Assembly (NCBI RefSeq): GCF_006345805.1
Contig: NC_043003.1
Coordinates: 72,416,001-72,480,000 of the forward strand
DNA length: 64,000 nt
Origin: Octopus sinensis
Lineage: Eukaryota
Direction of reading: 5' to 3'
Shown here: positions 14,366 to 28,259 of the stretch, piece by piece
Numbering within the stretch: the first letter of the stretch is position 1
How the letters are laid out: every line of letters begins with the position of its first letter
Notes under the pieces: model-generated
What the model saw: the letters and a program-made list of their open reading frames with translations, nothing else
The model's database searches: none
Told to the model about the DNA's origin: nothing
Made by a program: the position numbers and the translations under genes

Positions 14366-15239
14366 CGTGGTCTGATCAATAAGTATCTGGACTGTTGCTA
14401 TAGTAACGAAACTAAAGCACGGAAAGTGATGCCGCTTGGCACAGATTGCCCTTAAACTCTGTTGTGCATGCGCACTAACTTTTAACAGTCTAGCTCACTT
14501 CCGTTGTTTACAGCAATGCTTGGAAGGAAGGTGTGTAGCGCGTGATCATTGCATTGTCAATGACAGAGAAAGCTGAGCACAGAATCTGCATCAAATTTTG
14601 CCAAAAGCTTGGCGATACCTCTGAAGGTCTGCGCAAAATTTTCAAAACGTTTTCATTGTTCTCGACACAGCCAAGGAGATCTAGTGCAAATAAAACCCAA
14701 GTGTCCTTTTGGTCAACGGAAATCAGTTTGGTACAAACTTGGCAGATACACATTTCATACCCAAATCTTCAGTGATAATGGACTGAACTGAACTATAACT
14801 AATCTGCTCGACCTTTGATAAATCACGGATGGGGATTCAACGATTTTTTTCTCACAGCTGCACACACATCAGCAACGTTTTTCTCAGTTCTGCTGGTTGC
14901 GGGTTTCCGAGAACCTTCGTCACTATTGACATTTTTTTCGGCCATCTTGGAAACTTCTGAACCCCTCGTACACTTGTGTGCGGCTCATTGACTCCTCTCC
15001 ATACACTTTCTGCAACTTTGCGTAGGCCTCTGAGCAGGTATCACCATGACAACTTTCTCTATCATGATCATTGCGACGATCACACGCTACACACATTCCT
15101 TCCAAGCACTGCTGTAAACAGCTGAACTGAGCTAGAACGTTAAAACTTTGTGCGCATGCACAGCAAAGTTCAAAGTCAATGTTTGCCCAGCTGCTTCGTT
15201 ACTATGGCAACAGTCCGGATACTTATTAATCAGACCTAG
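14366..15239. mobile_element. Non-autonomous mariner derivative with two inward-facing 5' ends
   Basis: TA-flanked ends CGTGGTCTGATCAATAAGTATC / GATACTTATTAATCAGACCTAG with ~200 bp imperfect inverted repeats. Plus strand gives MTEKAEHRICIKFCQKLGDT; minus strand gives LQKVYGEESMSRTQVYE..F.DGR. Confidence 0.85.
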
Positions 15240-15370
15240 TATATAGTGTTTAACATACTGGTTATTTGTTTAGCGACTTCAATATACATCGAACAATATA
15301 TTTATAATAGGTATTTGTTTTGTGTATATTTGTATGTATGCATGCATTTGTACTCGTACACACACACACA

Positions 15371-15401
<31 letters not shown>

Positions 15402-16801
15402 TACACACACACACATACATACATACACATTCTATAGACATGTTTGCAAGTACAGTCTGGTAGTGGCACTATTTAGTATTAATGCACCTCTAGCATATTA
15501 ACATTTTTAATGCGGTTAATTTAATTTCTTATGCGGCGTTTCAGTGAGAAATATCTGGGTTTTATATAAGATGATGTATTTGTGGTAAATTACATGTGTA
15601 TCTGTCATATATATCTCACCCACGTTTGATTTTTTTTTCAACTTCCACTTATCCAGTTGAGTATAGTAACTGTTTCAAAAAAAAAAAAAAGAAAAACTTT
15701 TCAATCACTCATATATTTCGGTCATATCGTTTTTCTCCTTTTTCTTTTCTATTTTTTTTTTCTGACAATAATCCATTTTGGTTCATACGTGGAGCCGTGC
15801 TGCTAAAGTTCTTTCTTCTATTTCCCAAATGACGAGCTGTGTTGCCCAAAAGATTTTAAAAATGATGCAATGCCTCGGAGTAAAGGTAACATACGTATCT
15901 GTTCTCTGTAGTACAACTGAGATACAAGCCTACCATTTTGAGAACATAGGTATTGTTATCGTGGCTTTGATTAATTCAATTAACTCTGAATTTCTTACTG
16001 AGCATTTGTAAGGAAATATACCACGTGTTAGATGAGTTGATGTAACTACTTTGCTGTACATATGTATCTGTACACAACTTTTATGAATATATTTTTCTAG
16101 TTGACATCTTATCTTGTTGAGGATTTGTTTGCTTTAGACAGATTTGGTAAAGTAGAATTTTCTGTCGAGTTATATAAAGCTTTTGATCCGACCTCTGTTT
16201 CCTTTCATCTTCTTTTCAGTACACCCACAGTAACTCTGTATCTTCTATATTAACGCATGTCGCTTATACTCAGTCCTCTACTTCCTGGCTAATGGAAACT
16301 GTTAACCTACATTTGAAACTAAATATCATGTCCCGAAATCAAGGTAATATATACATATCTGTAATATGTACAATATTTAAGGTTCCTTCATTTCATTCTC
16401 TTTTAACCACATAAAATTGGGAAGGTGTTTTTTTCATAACTCCAAGTATTTCAATATATTTTGAACTTCTGATTGAACACTTTCACTTAAGAATAATATT
16501 TTTCCAGTCAAAGCTGTATGCTGCGTAACACATGTACTTTTATCATTTATGTGTATGAATATATGCCATCTTTCTAACTATATGTATGTGTACGTGCGTG
16601 TGTATGTGTGCGTGCAAGCATATGTATGCGTGTGTGTGTATGTGTGTGTGTGTGTGCATGTGCTTCAATGTATGTATACATACGTGTATACTTCTGTATA
16701 AATACTAAGCTGTTGTATGATAAACAAACGTAAACAGACAACAGTGTTGACACAAATTTACACACACACACACACACACACATTATTCATAAACTTTCAT
16801 A

Positions 16802-16839
<38 letters not shown>

Positions 16840-16878
16840 TATTATATATATATACATACACACATACATATATATATA

Positions 16879-17161
16879 TCACCGTGATCACCGTGACCGA
16901 CCAGGCTATCAGATGTTGTTACACATCGCTGGTCACAGTGCGCTTCACATTGTTTTAGTCTTCAAATGACGCCACCCCGTTGAAAGAGTGAGAGAAAGTG
17001 GCGAAAGAGTACAGCAGAGATCGCCACCACCCCCTGCCGGAGCCTCGTGGAGCTTCAGGTGTTTTCGCTCAATAAACACTCACAACGCCCGGTCTGGGAA
17101 TCGAAACCGCGATCCTACGACCGCGAGTCCGCTGCCCTAACCACTAGGCCATTGCGCCTCC
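16879..17161 (-). mobile_element. tRNA-derived SINE family C
   Basis: Minus strand GGAGGCGCAATGGCCTAGTGGTTAGGGCAGCGGACTCGCGG...GGTTTCGATTCCC (A and B boxes), with a CACGGTGAT-repeat tail. Confidence 0.85.
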
Positions 17162-17640
17162 ACATATATATATATACACACACACACACACATATATATA
17201 TACATACACACACACACACACATATATATATATGTGTGTGTGTGTGTGTTTTTTATATACATTCTTACATTGCACATAAACATTTATACGTACTTTAATA
17301 TGAAGAAGGAAAAGCAATCCTAACACTTCTCATTGTTTCTTTCTCTCACTCTCGCTCTCTCTTTCTCTTCTCTCTCTCTTTTTCCTCCCCTCCCCTCTCT
17401 CTCTCCTTCTCTCTTATTCGGATTTGATTCCATCCATTCTGTTGTTAACCCTATTCAACTGTCATATTTTCTCTCTTACTCAGCCCTTCATGCCTTTCCC
17501 TCCTGCTCTATTCATCTTTTCCTTGTCTTCACCTTTCTCTCCCCCATTGTATATCTCCCTTAATTTCATTCCTCCTCCCTGTACCCTTTTCTCTCTTCAG
17601 TCTTTACTCGTAAACATTTAGGCTCCTTGGTTATTCTCTT

Positions 17641-17728
<88 letters not shown>

Positions 17729-17750
17729 ATGTGTGTGTGTGGGAGAGAGA

Positions 17751-17789
<39 letters not shown>

Positions 17790-18020
17790 AAATAAGGATT
17801 CAGAATCAGGTACTTGAAAAGATATGCGCCAGGAAGGATTGGATAAAACTGTGGTCCCGGCCTATGGCTGGTAAGTATCAAATAGGATATTCCGACTGTG
17901 TACACAAAGAAAACCAGCCCTATGAGTATTTAGCACCAAGGGGCTGGTCGAAATCACGCGTTATGTTGAATTGTACGTTGTTGGTATACTCTAGGGTATA
18001 CCTTTGTGTATTATAATCAA

Positions 18021-18372
18021 ATGAATAATAACATACGATGGATAATTGTCGGGTCATTGCAGCTGTTCATTACGCATTTTTTTAAAAAAGAAGAACCACA
18101 ACAACACTACATTACAATAACCGTAATCATCAGATGAAACATAATTTTACAAACAAAAGAATATCTTAAGAATACAGTAGCAGAAGTCTGTCGAGGCTAA
18201 CTTCAGCCACATCCCCGCTGTAGCACTGAGATATTTTTTTGTTTGTAAAATTATGTTTCATCAGACGATTACGGATTTTGGGAATGGAGTAATGTTCTCG
18301 TCCTTCGACTTAAAAAGGCATAAGAAACAGTTGTAATGAGCTGACAATTATCCATCGTATGTTATTATTCAT
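18021..18372. repeat. Imperfect ~350-bp inverted repeat
   Basis: ATGAATAATAACATACGATGGATAATTGTC and GATGAAACATAATTTTACAAACAAAA recur as reverse complements. Confidence 0.85.
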
Positions 18373-18380
18373 GTGAATGC

Positions 18381-18455
<75 letters not shown>

Positions 18456-18461
18456 ATATAT

Positions 18462-18862
18462 GCGCTGTGTGGTAAGAAGCTTGCTTACCAACCATATGGT
18501 TCCGGGTTCAGTCCCACTGCGTGGCACTTTGGGCAAGTGTCTTCTACTATAGCCTCGGGACGACAAAAGCCTTGTGAGTGGATATGGTAGACGGAAACTG
18601 AAAGAAGCCCGTCGTATATATGTATATGTATGTATATGTGTGTGTGTCTGTGTGTGTGTTTGTCCCCCCCCCCCCAACATCGCTTGACAAACAATGCTGG
18701 TGTGTTTACGTTCCCGTAACTTAGCGGTTCGGCAAAAGAGACCGACAGAATAAGTACTAGGCTTACAAAGAATAAGTCCTGGGGTCGATTTGCTCGACTA
18801 AAGACGGTGCTCCAGCATGGCTGCAGTCAAATGGCTGAAACAAGTAAAATAATAAAAGAATA
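18462..18862 (+). mobile_element. SINE family A
   Basis: Matches 5005-5417. Confidence 0.9.
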
Positions 18863-18872
18863 AATATATATA

Positions 18873-19243
18873 TCTTTATATATAAAAGAAAGGTTGTGTG
18901 TCTGTCTACTCCGATTTAGATTCCTAACTACTCCCACATTTAGCATACAAAAAAATTAGTCTTATAGTCGTGATTCATATCGAGCCCTTCTGGGTATTAG
19001 CGCGCGTCTACGATGAGTCTACGATTTTAAAAATAATTTACCATAATTTTTTCCCATTTTAATGCATATTTTTTTAAATAAGGGGAAGTAACTCTCTAAA
19101 AATATCTACGATGAGTCAACGATTTAAAATATAATTTACCATAATTTTTTTCCATTTTTTGCTATTTTTTGGCTATAACTCTCTAAAAATGCTTTTTAGT
19201 TATTCCCCTTACAAACCCGAGCAACGCCGGGCGATATTGCTAG
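18873..19243 (+). mobile_element. Non-autonomous Helitron
   Basis: 5' TC, 3' CTAG, subterminal hairpin CCCGAGCAACGCCGGG; inserted between A and T with no TSD. Confidence 0.8.
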
Positions 19244-19282
19244 TATATATATATGAAAGAATAAAGATATATATATATATCT

Positions 19283-19595
19283 TTATTCCTTTATTCTTTT
19301 ATGTGTTTCAGCCATTTGACTGCAGCCATGCTGAAGCACAGCCCTTAGTCGGCAAAACGACCCCAGGACTTATTCTTTGTAAGCCTAGTACTTATTCTGT
19401 CGGCCTCTTTTGCCGAACCGCTAAGTTACGGGGACGTAAACACACCAGCATTGTTTGTCAAGCGATGTTGGGGGGGGGGGGACAAACAGACACACAGACA
19501 CACACACATATACATACATATGCATATATACGACGGGCTTCTTAAAGTTTCCGTCTACCATATCCACTCACAAGGCTTTTGTCGGCCCGAGGCTA
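19283..19595 (-). mobile_element. SINE family A, 5' truncated
   Basis: Reverse complement of the family A body and tail. Confidence 0.88.
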
Positions 19596-19914
19596 TATAT
19601 ATATATATATTATATATATGTATGTGTGTGTGTGTGTGTGTGTGTATATGCATATGTATATGTATATATATAATAAATAATATCAGGGTAATAAAAATTA
19701 TAGAAATTTTTACTACCGGTGGCCTAGCGTACAAAAAAATTAGTCAATAGACTATATATTATTCATATAAAATACAGTGTACATTAAAACACATTAAGAG
19801 GCTTCCATCATAGGAATCCATTACGCTAGAAAGAACAGTTAAAGTCCAAGCCACTAATTAAGGATAAATTCTCGAAGGGAATGAAAAATAAAAACATTTA
19901 CCATCTAATTTAAT

Positions 19915-19991
19915 TCCCGGACCATAGTTTCTGACTTATTTTAGTAAATAAAAATTATTATTTACCGAGGCGAAGTCTTCATCAACGGGGA
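19915..19991 (-). ncRNA. Type I hammerhead motif (C3>U variant) inside a ~550-bp non-coding element (~19675-20230)
   Basis: Minus strand TCCCCG-TTGATGA-A-GACTT...AAGTC-A-GAAA-C-TATG-GTC-CGGGA. Confidence 0.6.
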
Positions 19992-20262
19992 TGCCTTAGA
20001 TTAAATATACAAACAACGAGGTCAATCCAGCATGTAACTCATTGCTTGTACATCTTCTCGTTACTTAAGAAATTATTATTATTATCTCAACACTGTGGAG
20101 TTCCTGAAGTAGATCCAACGGAAATATACCCCGACTGCGGATAACACCAGGTATCCCAAATTGTGCCAGTGCTCTACTCAACACTTCAACACACTAATCG
20201 ACACATACCCATTAGTCATAACTATTAAATATCTATCTATCTATCTCTTTCTCTCTCTGTCC

Positions 20263-20302
<40 letters not shown>

Positions 20303-20444
20303 ATGTATGTATATGTATATATATATTATGTATGCGTACATGCATACTTATGCAAATAAGTATATATACGTATATGTGTATGTATGTGTGTGTGTATGTG
20401 TGTGTGTGTGTGTGCGTGTGGGCAGCAAAAATTCTGCAGCATAT

Positions 20445-21054
20445 AATTGGTAATCAATGGATAGTGCCATACTGCTCTCTTTTATCTAAACTATTCCTTA
20501 GCCACATGAATATAGAATACTGTAATTCCATAAAGTCAATCAAATACATTTGTAAATGCTAACAAGGATTATGGTTTTGCAATGTTTACTTTGTATAACA
20601 GACATTTCAAAATAACAATATCTTGTTCCAGATGAGGCAGTACATTTGTATCAACGAGGTTTTGTGGAAAGTGTTTGGATTCCCTGTTCCGAAAAGTTAT
20701 TCGCTTGTCTCTAATCTGGTTGTACACTTAGAGAATGGACAAAGTATATGTTTTGCTGCAGAAACTGATGCTCAGCAGTCCATGTTTCTGAAGGAAACTA
20801 CATTAGAATTTTTCAGACTTTGCCAGAAAGACTATTATTCACTGCCCATATTATACATAGACCAACAAAGGAATCGTAAAACAAGGGAGTTGGGGTTCAA
20901 GGTAATCTTGATATACGAGGACAATGTTCAGGTAAATTGGACATTCAACTCAGCAGGAACTCTTTGTCTTAGGACTGTTTCTTCAGAAATCCTTGGCATC
21001 ACATCCTTTCTCTACTTTCAAACTATTGATGGTTATGTTTGTGTTACTTGCTAA
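20445..21054 (+). pseudogene. Helitron RepHel fragment
   Basis: NQWIVPYCSLLSKLF.SHMNIEYCNSIKSIKYICK and QYICINEVLWKVFGFP...LVVHLENGQ match conserved RepHel motifs; frameshifted. Confidence 0.85.
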
Positions 21055-21887
21055 AAGATTAAGATTGCTACAATTTGATTGTTATTAGATGGTATATTAT
21101 ATATATACATATATGGTTTTTTCCATGTACTAATGTTTCTGCGGAACTAAATCAAAACTTTTTCCAACACCAGCAGATGAATACATTTTTCCGTATTTCC
21201 ACTGCTACTGCTATCACCTTTGTTATGGTCACTACTGCTGCTGTTGTTGTTAAGCAACAAGACGGGATAAGGGTAATTAGGTGATGGTCTAGGGATAAGG
21301 GGGATTAGGTGATGGTCTGGGAGACCCCAGACCTTGGAAAAAAAAACGTTGGTCGCCTTGTTGTAGTCGAGGGCTCTTCGTTGACGCCCGACACCACTGG
21401 GAGGTGGCCCACGAAGTTGCTGGAAATGGAAATCTCCATGTTCAAATTCTTGGATGGCTGTCTCTGCTACTGCGATTACTGGTTACTGGTGTGACAGTAG
21501 AGGCACCAGTAGAACAGTTTGCAGTGAATGGGGAGGTAGCGAGGGCAATGAATACATCTCTCTTGTTGGCGATCTTGTGTGCGACGGTAGTTGTTTTACT
21601 GCTACAACTACCTGCTTTTCCGCTTGACATATCATCGCTGCTGTCGCTACTGCTGTTGTTGCTACTGATATTGCTATTACTAGTCATTACTAAGGTTGTG
21701 ATGTTGTGTGGTGGGAGATGTGGACTACGAACGAGAAATTAAGCTTCAATCCACTTCTCACTTTCTTCACTTCTTGGTCGGCTGACGAACACGATAGCGT
21801 GGAAGCAGTTTTGAATTTTTTTTTTTATTATTTGAAGATATTTTCCTTCTTTCCCAAATTTTCCATCGTGATGCGAGTAATAAAAAG

Positions 21888-22056
21888 GTATCAACCAGTG
21901 GGGAAGAAATAAGATGCCTCATATCGAACCAAGTCTTCAACTGGTAAACATTTTATGGATGGAACCCGAAAGAATGAAAGGCAAAGCCAACCTCGGTGGC
22001 ATTTGAACTCATAACGTAAAGCCGGAAGAAAGTTCGTTAAGCATTTTGTCCTGCGT
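21888..22056 (-). mobile_element. SINE family B, diverged
   Basis: GAAAGAATGAAAGGCAAAG...CCTCGGTGGCATTTGAACTCATAACG is the reverse complement of the family B head and core. Confidence 0.7.
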
Positions 22057-22118
22057 GACGAAGAAGAAGAAGAAGACTCACCATCTCCATCACTATTACT
22101 ACTACCGTTATTACCAGT

Positions 22119-22150
<32 letters not shown>

Positions 22151-22649
22151 TCATCACCACTACCACTATCACAAGCACTTTCATCGTTACCGTCATCATC
22201 ATCATTAATATCATGACCACCACCACCATCATCATCACCATCATCCTCATCCTCACCATCATCAAATCTCAGGTTTTCATGCTACCCCTAAGTATGGTTC
22301 TATACACTCTTCTACTCTCACTTATAGACTCATAGTATTTCTCCATCACCACTATCATTACTGTTAGCTCGAATACAATTTCCTCTGTCAACAGCCCCAT
22401 AAGAACAACCACTACGTTTCTTACTCAATCTTTGACGTGTTCTCGAACGAAACAACATATTTTTTGTTGTTCTCACTTTAAACAATGAATACAATCACGC
22501 AGGCACACACACAGGCACTCAGACACACAGACACATACACATTCACAAACTCGCACGTACGTATATATCTGTGTATATTTCTTTATAGATGTATTATATA
22601 TGTATGTATACATATTTGTGTGAATAGATGAGTGATGTATATATGTATG

Positions 22650-22685
<36 letters not shown>

Positions 22686-22692
22686 TATATAG

Positions 22693-22735
<43 letters not shown>

Positions 22736-22745
22736 TATATATACA

Positions 22746-22977
22746 TCTTTTATCTATTACCTGGTTCAGTCATTTGACTGTGGCCATGCTGGGGCAATGT
22801 TTGAATTTTGAGACGAAGAAATCGATCCCAGGACTTATTTTTTGAATCTGGTACTTATACTGATCGTCGCTTTTGCCGAACCACTAAGTTACAGGGTACG
22901 TAAGTACACCCGCACTGGTTGTCAAGTGGTGATTGCAGCACAAACACAGACACGCACATATACACAGATATATATAC

Positions 22978-23061
<84 letters not shown>

Positions 23062-23460
23062 GACTGTTTTCTTTCAATTTACGCCTACCAAATCCGCTCA
23101 CAAGGCTTTGGTCGACCCGAGGCTATAGAAGACACTTGCTTAAAGTGCCACGCAATGGGACTGAACCCGGACTATGTGGTTGGGAAGAAAGCTTCTTACC
23201 ACACAGCCACTCCTGCACCTACACACACACAACTTACGACTGCGTGTGTCTGCGTCCGTGTATCTTTTATTTTTTACCTGTTTCACTCATTAGACTGTGG
23301 CCATACTGGGGCACCGCCTTGAGAAATTTTAGTCGAACGAATCGGCCTCAGTCCTTATATTCTTTTTCAAGTCTGGTACTTATTTTGTCGGTCTCTTTTG
23401 TCGAACTGCTGTGTTACAGAGACGTAAACACCCCGACACTGGCTGTCAAACAGTGGTGGG

Positions 23461-23510
<50 letters not shown>

Positions 23511-23683
23511 TGTATCTATATTCGACGGGCTTCTTCCCGTTTCCGTTTACCAAATGTACTCACAAGGCTTTGATTGGTTCGGTGCTGTATGTGAAGACAA
23601 TTAACGAAAGTGCCACACAGTGGGTACTGAATAAGGACCATGTAGTCTTGAAGCAAACTTCTTACACACTGCCATGCCTGCTC
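22746..23683 (-). mobile_element. Two tandem diverged SINE family A copies (~22746-23220 and ~23262-23683)
   Basis: Both match the family A reverse complement. Confidence 0.85.
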
Positions 23684-24656
23684 CTGAGAGAAAATAGTTT
23701 TCATATTTTCATTAAGGCAGAACGACTGACAAAATCGTCCGGAGTAAGATTTGAACTCATAATTCATGAATCTGTATCAATATAAATATTCCAGGCATTT
23801 GTTAAAGCGCCCTTGAAACCATGTGCCATAAACAGCGTCCTAGATAAATAAATAGATACATCTTGCTATATATCGCAAATATATATAAACATGCAGACTA
23901 TCACACTCACATAGACACACACAAACACACAGATATATATATGGGTGTGTGTGTGTATATACATATACGGATGTATGTATGTATGTATGACAAATGCATG
24001 AATAAGTTTAAAAAATACAAGAGAAAGGAAGGAACAGAGGAGAAAGAAGGAGAAGATAGGTTTCAGCAAGTCTTGTTTTTCTCACAGAATGTAAAAGAGC
24101 TGAACCACGTGTGACATTTGGTAAATGTAAAGCAGCGAATTGAAATGGTATTTTGTAATGGAGAATGTTAAAAAAGAGAGACAGAGAGAAAGAAACTTCA
24201 CCAGTTAAGTATTGGTGTAGAGGTTCTAGAACATATAGACGTACCATATATACATACACATGTACATATACATGTAGACAAAAGCTTAAACACACACACA
24301 CACACACACACAACACACACAGACATAGTCAACATACTCATACAGAGTTATAGATGGGTAGCTAGCTTAATAGATAGATAAATAGACAGATAGATAGATA
24401 GAGAGACAGAGATAGAGAGAGATAGATGTGTGCGTATATGTATATATATATTTGTATGTATGTATGTATGTATGTATGTATGTATGTATGTATATATGTA
24501 TGTATATATGTATGTATGTATGTACGTATGTATGCGTGTTTGTGTAAGTATATCTATGTACACTCAAACGCACACATACACTCACATTCACACATTCACA
24601 CGTATATATATATAAAGAGAAAGAGTGTGTGTGAGAGTGAGTGTGTGTGTGTGTGT

Positions 24657-24699
<43 letters not shown>

Positions 24700-25279
24700 C
24701 GTGCGTGTGTTCAGGTGAAATAAGCGTCAGTGATGCTTGCCCTGTAGAAGCTGCAGGATATACACAGTTTCCGTCAACTAAACTTATTCACAAGATTCCT
24801 GCGAATAGTAGGAAAAACTTTTCGCAGTTGCAGTGAAACTATGTGTGCGTGTGAAGGATGTGTATGTATATATATATATATAAATTGATATATATAGGTA
24901 ATTAATAAGTTTGGAAATGGAAAGATTCAATGGATATAAATTAATCTATCAATTATTTAACATTGCCTACAATTGTTTCATTCCTCACCCAATTTGAATT
25001 ACAAAATGTATATAGTAATATAGGTTTCAGGGCAAAAATGGACATTATAGAGTTTACATTTTGAACAATTGAAATACTCCAACAGATTAAGCAGATGAAA
25101 GCGTGTTTGTTGGGGGCGCGCACGCGTGTGTGCATGCGTTAATGTTTTTATTTTTATTTGAATACAACAACAACAAAAATAATAGTAATAATAATAGTAA
25201 TAATAATAATAAAGTGAATAAGAATAAAGATAAAGAATAAAAATAAAGATTAATAATAGATAATGAAAATAATGAAATC

Positions 25280-26325
25280 TCTCTATATATAAAACTGAGA
25301 ATGTATGTCTGTCTGTCTGTGTGTTTCCCTAAAACTTGAGAACTACACAACAAATTTCATTCAAATTTTAAACATCCCTTACTTAAGGTCCGGGGAGTGT
25401 CATCGGCAAAAATTTTACTTTTTCCCTAGGGCGACCCCACAGCAATATCATATCTTCTCCACTATTTCAGTATTACGGCTTAAAAGTGAAACAAAACCAT
25501 CTCTCTATTGTAATGCAGACATTCACTTTAATACTGAAACTATTAAAGTGAAAGTATTATATAACAGGGATGAACTATTAACAGTGGTCAGCCATTTTGC
25601 TAGAAGAAGATCCGCTATAGTCTTATATGCTACACCACTGGTTTTCAATTCATATTAATCAAATATTCAATTTTTCACCCTTATTATGTGTGTGTGTGTA
25701 TTAGCAATTCGTATAAAATTGCATCAATGACTTGAACTTGAATAAGTGGTTTCACATAAATGGGGATAAATTAAAAAGGTTTGTTGTTATTATTACTGTT
25801 TGACTATTGTAATCACATTTGTTGGTTCCTCGTCAGGGAAACGTTGTTGTGTTGCATTTGTTAAATAATTGTAAACCGTAACCCTCCCCCTTTCGGAGAA
25901 GGGGCTTTGGTTAGTTTAAAAATTGAATTGTGTCCCTGTTTGGGGAAATTGACAATATTTTCACCGTCTTTACGGAAGCACTTTTGTTAAAATGCCTTCG
26001 ATAGAAGAAAGTCCAAAAATGAATTTCGCTGCAGCCGTACACTTCTATACAAGAGGGAGGAGAAGATCCAATTGATCGAAATTGCAAGAGACGGGCCTAC
26101 AATTCCAGTCCGTTATATATTTTGAGTATTGTTATCACTAGCGATATCAAGATATAACTTGGACTCCACCTGTACTTGCTTGCAATGATTCATTCCTGAG
26201 AGTATGAGACCTTCGGGCCATTTGACGTCGGGGAAGTTGAAATCACCGATAAGAAATATGGTCACGTTGTGTTCCAAATACATGAGGATTCCTTTAATTC
26301 TTGTGATTTGAAGAATCCGGTGGGC
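25280..26325 (+). mobile_element. Probable Helitron-type element, 5' part
   Basis: Starts TCTCTATATATAAAA...TGTCTGTCTGTC, like the 18873 Helitron; no local 3' CTAG or hairpin seen. Confidence 0.5.
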
Positions 26326-26431
26326 AATATGTATATATATATAGAAAGAGAGAGAGAGTGAGAGAGAGAGATTTGTTTATGTTATGATTTTATTCCATGT
26401 ACCCAGACTTCGTAGACACCCTAAAATTGCT

Positions 26432-27523
26432 TTGATTAAAACCCTTTCTAACATGGAAGTATCCAAGGAGCATTTAAGGCACATATAATTCTTTATGAGT
26501 ACAATAAAGGTAACTCTGCAGCCGAAGCGACTCGAAACATGCACTCAGTTTATGGGAAAGTGCTTGAATGAAAGAACTTGCAGGAGATCGTTTGCAAAAT
26601 TGAAGATGAAGATCGAATAGGATGTCCAGTTGAGTTTGATGATAAGCTCCTTGAGGCATTATTTGAAGAAAATTCTGCATTATCAGTTGAAGAATTGGCA
26701 ATAAAGCTTACTTCAAACCGGATGTTCATCGTCATCTTCAACAATATGGAAAGATTCCTAAACTTGGAAAATAGGTGCCTCATGTATTGTCCGAAAGCAA
26801 CCGCAAATCCCGAGTTGACATCTGCTCTTCTCTCCATTCTCGCAAACACATTTCACCCTTTTTCGATAGACTTGTGACGAAAAATGGATTTTCTATCGAA
26901 ATGTTAAACGTCGTAAACAGTGGCTTGGTAAAAGGGAAAATGCTCAACCACAACCGAGAAGGGAACTTTATGGGTAAAAGGTTCTTCTCTATACCTGGTG
27001 CGATTGCAAAGGCGTAATTCACTTTATATTGTTACCATCTAATGCAACAATCAATGCTCAAGTCTACTGTCAGCAATTAGAGCGTTTGAACCAAGCTTTG
27101 AAGGAAAAAAGAGCCGTTTTAGTGAGTCAAATACGAGTAATGTTTCATCAGGACAATGCGCAACCCCACACTGCAAAGATCACATCACAGAAGATCGAAG
27201 AGGTCGGTTTGGAAAAATTTCTTCCTCCAACTTATTCTCCCGGCCTTACTCCTTCAGGATACCATTTGTTTCATAGTTTACAGAATTATTAGGGGGACAC
27301 AACTTTCGCAAGCCAGGAGGAGGTCGAAACTGACATTTCAGAGTTCTTTGCTTTGAAACCAAAAGAGTTTTACACTGATGGGATTAAGAAGCTTGTAAAT
27401 AGATGGAAATAAGTCATAGATAATCAGGGAAAGTACATTGATGATTAACTTTCAATTAAATATAACATTTGATCACTTGCATTCTTTATCCAAAATTCGG
27501 ACAGAACTTATGGGATGACCTGA
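26432..27523 (+). mobile_element. Mariner transposon, 5' TIR missing, transposase pseudogene
   Basis: Motifs MEVSKEHLRH, MFHQDNAQPHTA and PTYSPGLTPSGYHLF; 3' TIR CGGACAGAACTTATGGGATGACCTGA. Same family as 39900-41139. Confidence 0.92.
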
Positions 27524-27529
27524 GATATA

Positions 27530-28259
27530 TACACCGGCGAAAATATATTTAAGTCCGACGATAAAAGTTCTATTTCTTACAAAAAATTTTGTTACTAACA
27601 CCATACAAATTATTTATATCTTTTACACCTTATGCAAAATTTATTTCTCTTTCGAATGATGCAAACAATTTTTATACAACTTGAAGAATTCTAATGCTAA
27701 ATTAATATATATTTCTTTACTGCCCACAAGGGGCTAAACATAGAGGGGACAAACAAGGACAAACAAACGGATTAAGTCGATTACATCGACCCCAGTGCGT
27801 AACTGGTACTTAATTTATCGACCCCGAAAGGATGAAAGGCAAAGTCGACCTCGGCGGAATTTGAACTCAGAACGTAATATAAACGTTTCAAATTTAACGG
27901 CAAAATTAGTTTAGGACCACGTAATATGTATGCAATTTTTTGGCCAAAATGGGTGGTCACACAACGAGCCTAAATGCACCATACAAAGTTATAATTTAAT
28001 GTTATTATACAATTTATTAATAATGGGAAAACAACGTAGCCTTAGTCCAGTCACGAGAGCAAAAATCGTATATTACAGCAAAAAGTTTCCTTTTCGAACG
28101 TCAGCAAGCAACTAAAGTGCAGTAAACCGGCTTGCGTGCAAGCGTGGAAGTTATACTCGGAGACTGGTCAATATAAAGATCGGCAAAGTACTAGTAACAG
28201 AATATTTTGTAAGAAATAGAACTGTTATCATCGGTCTTAAATTTATTTTCGCCAGTATG
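27530..28259 (+). mobile_element. Internally deleted Tc1-like element with nested SINE B (27714-27876, minus)
   Basis: ~70-bp imperfect TIRs (..GGCGAAAATA.ATTTAAG.CCGA.GATAA.AGTTCTATTTCTTACAAAA) and TA flanks. HTH start MGKQRSLSPVTRAKIV...SKQLKCSK. Confidence 0.8.
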
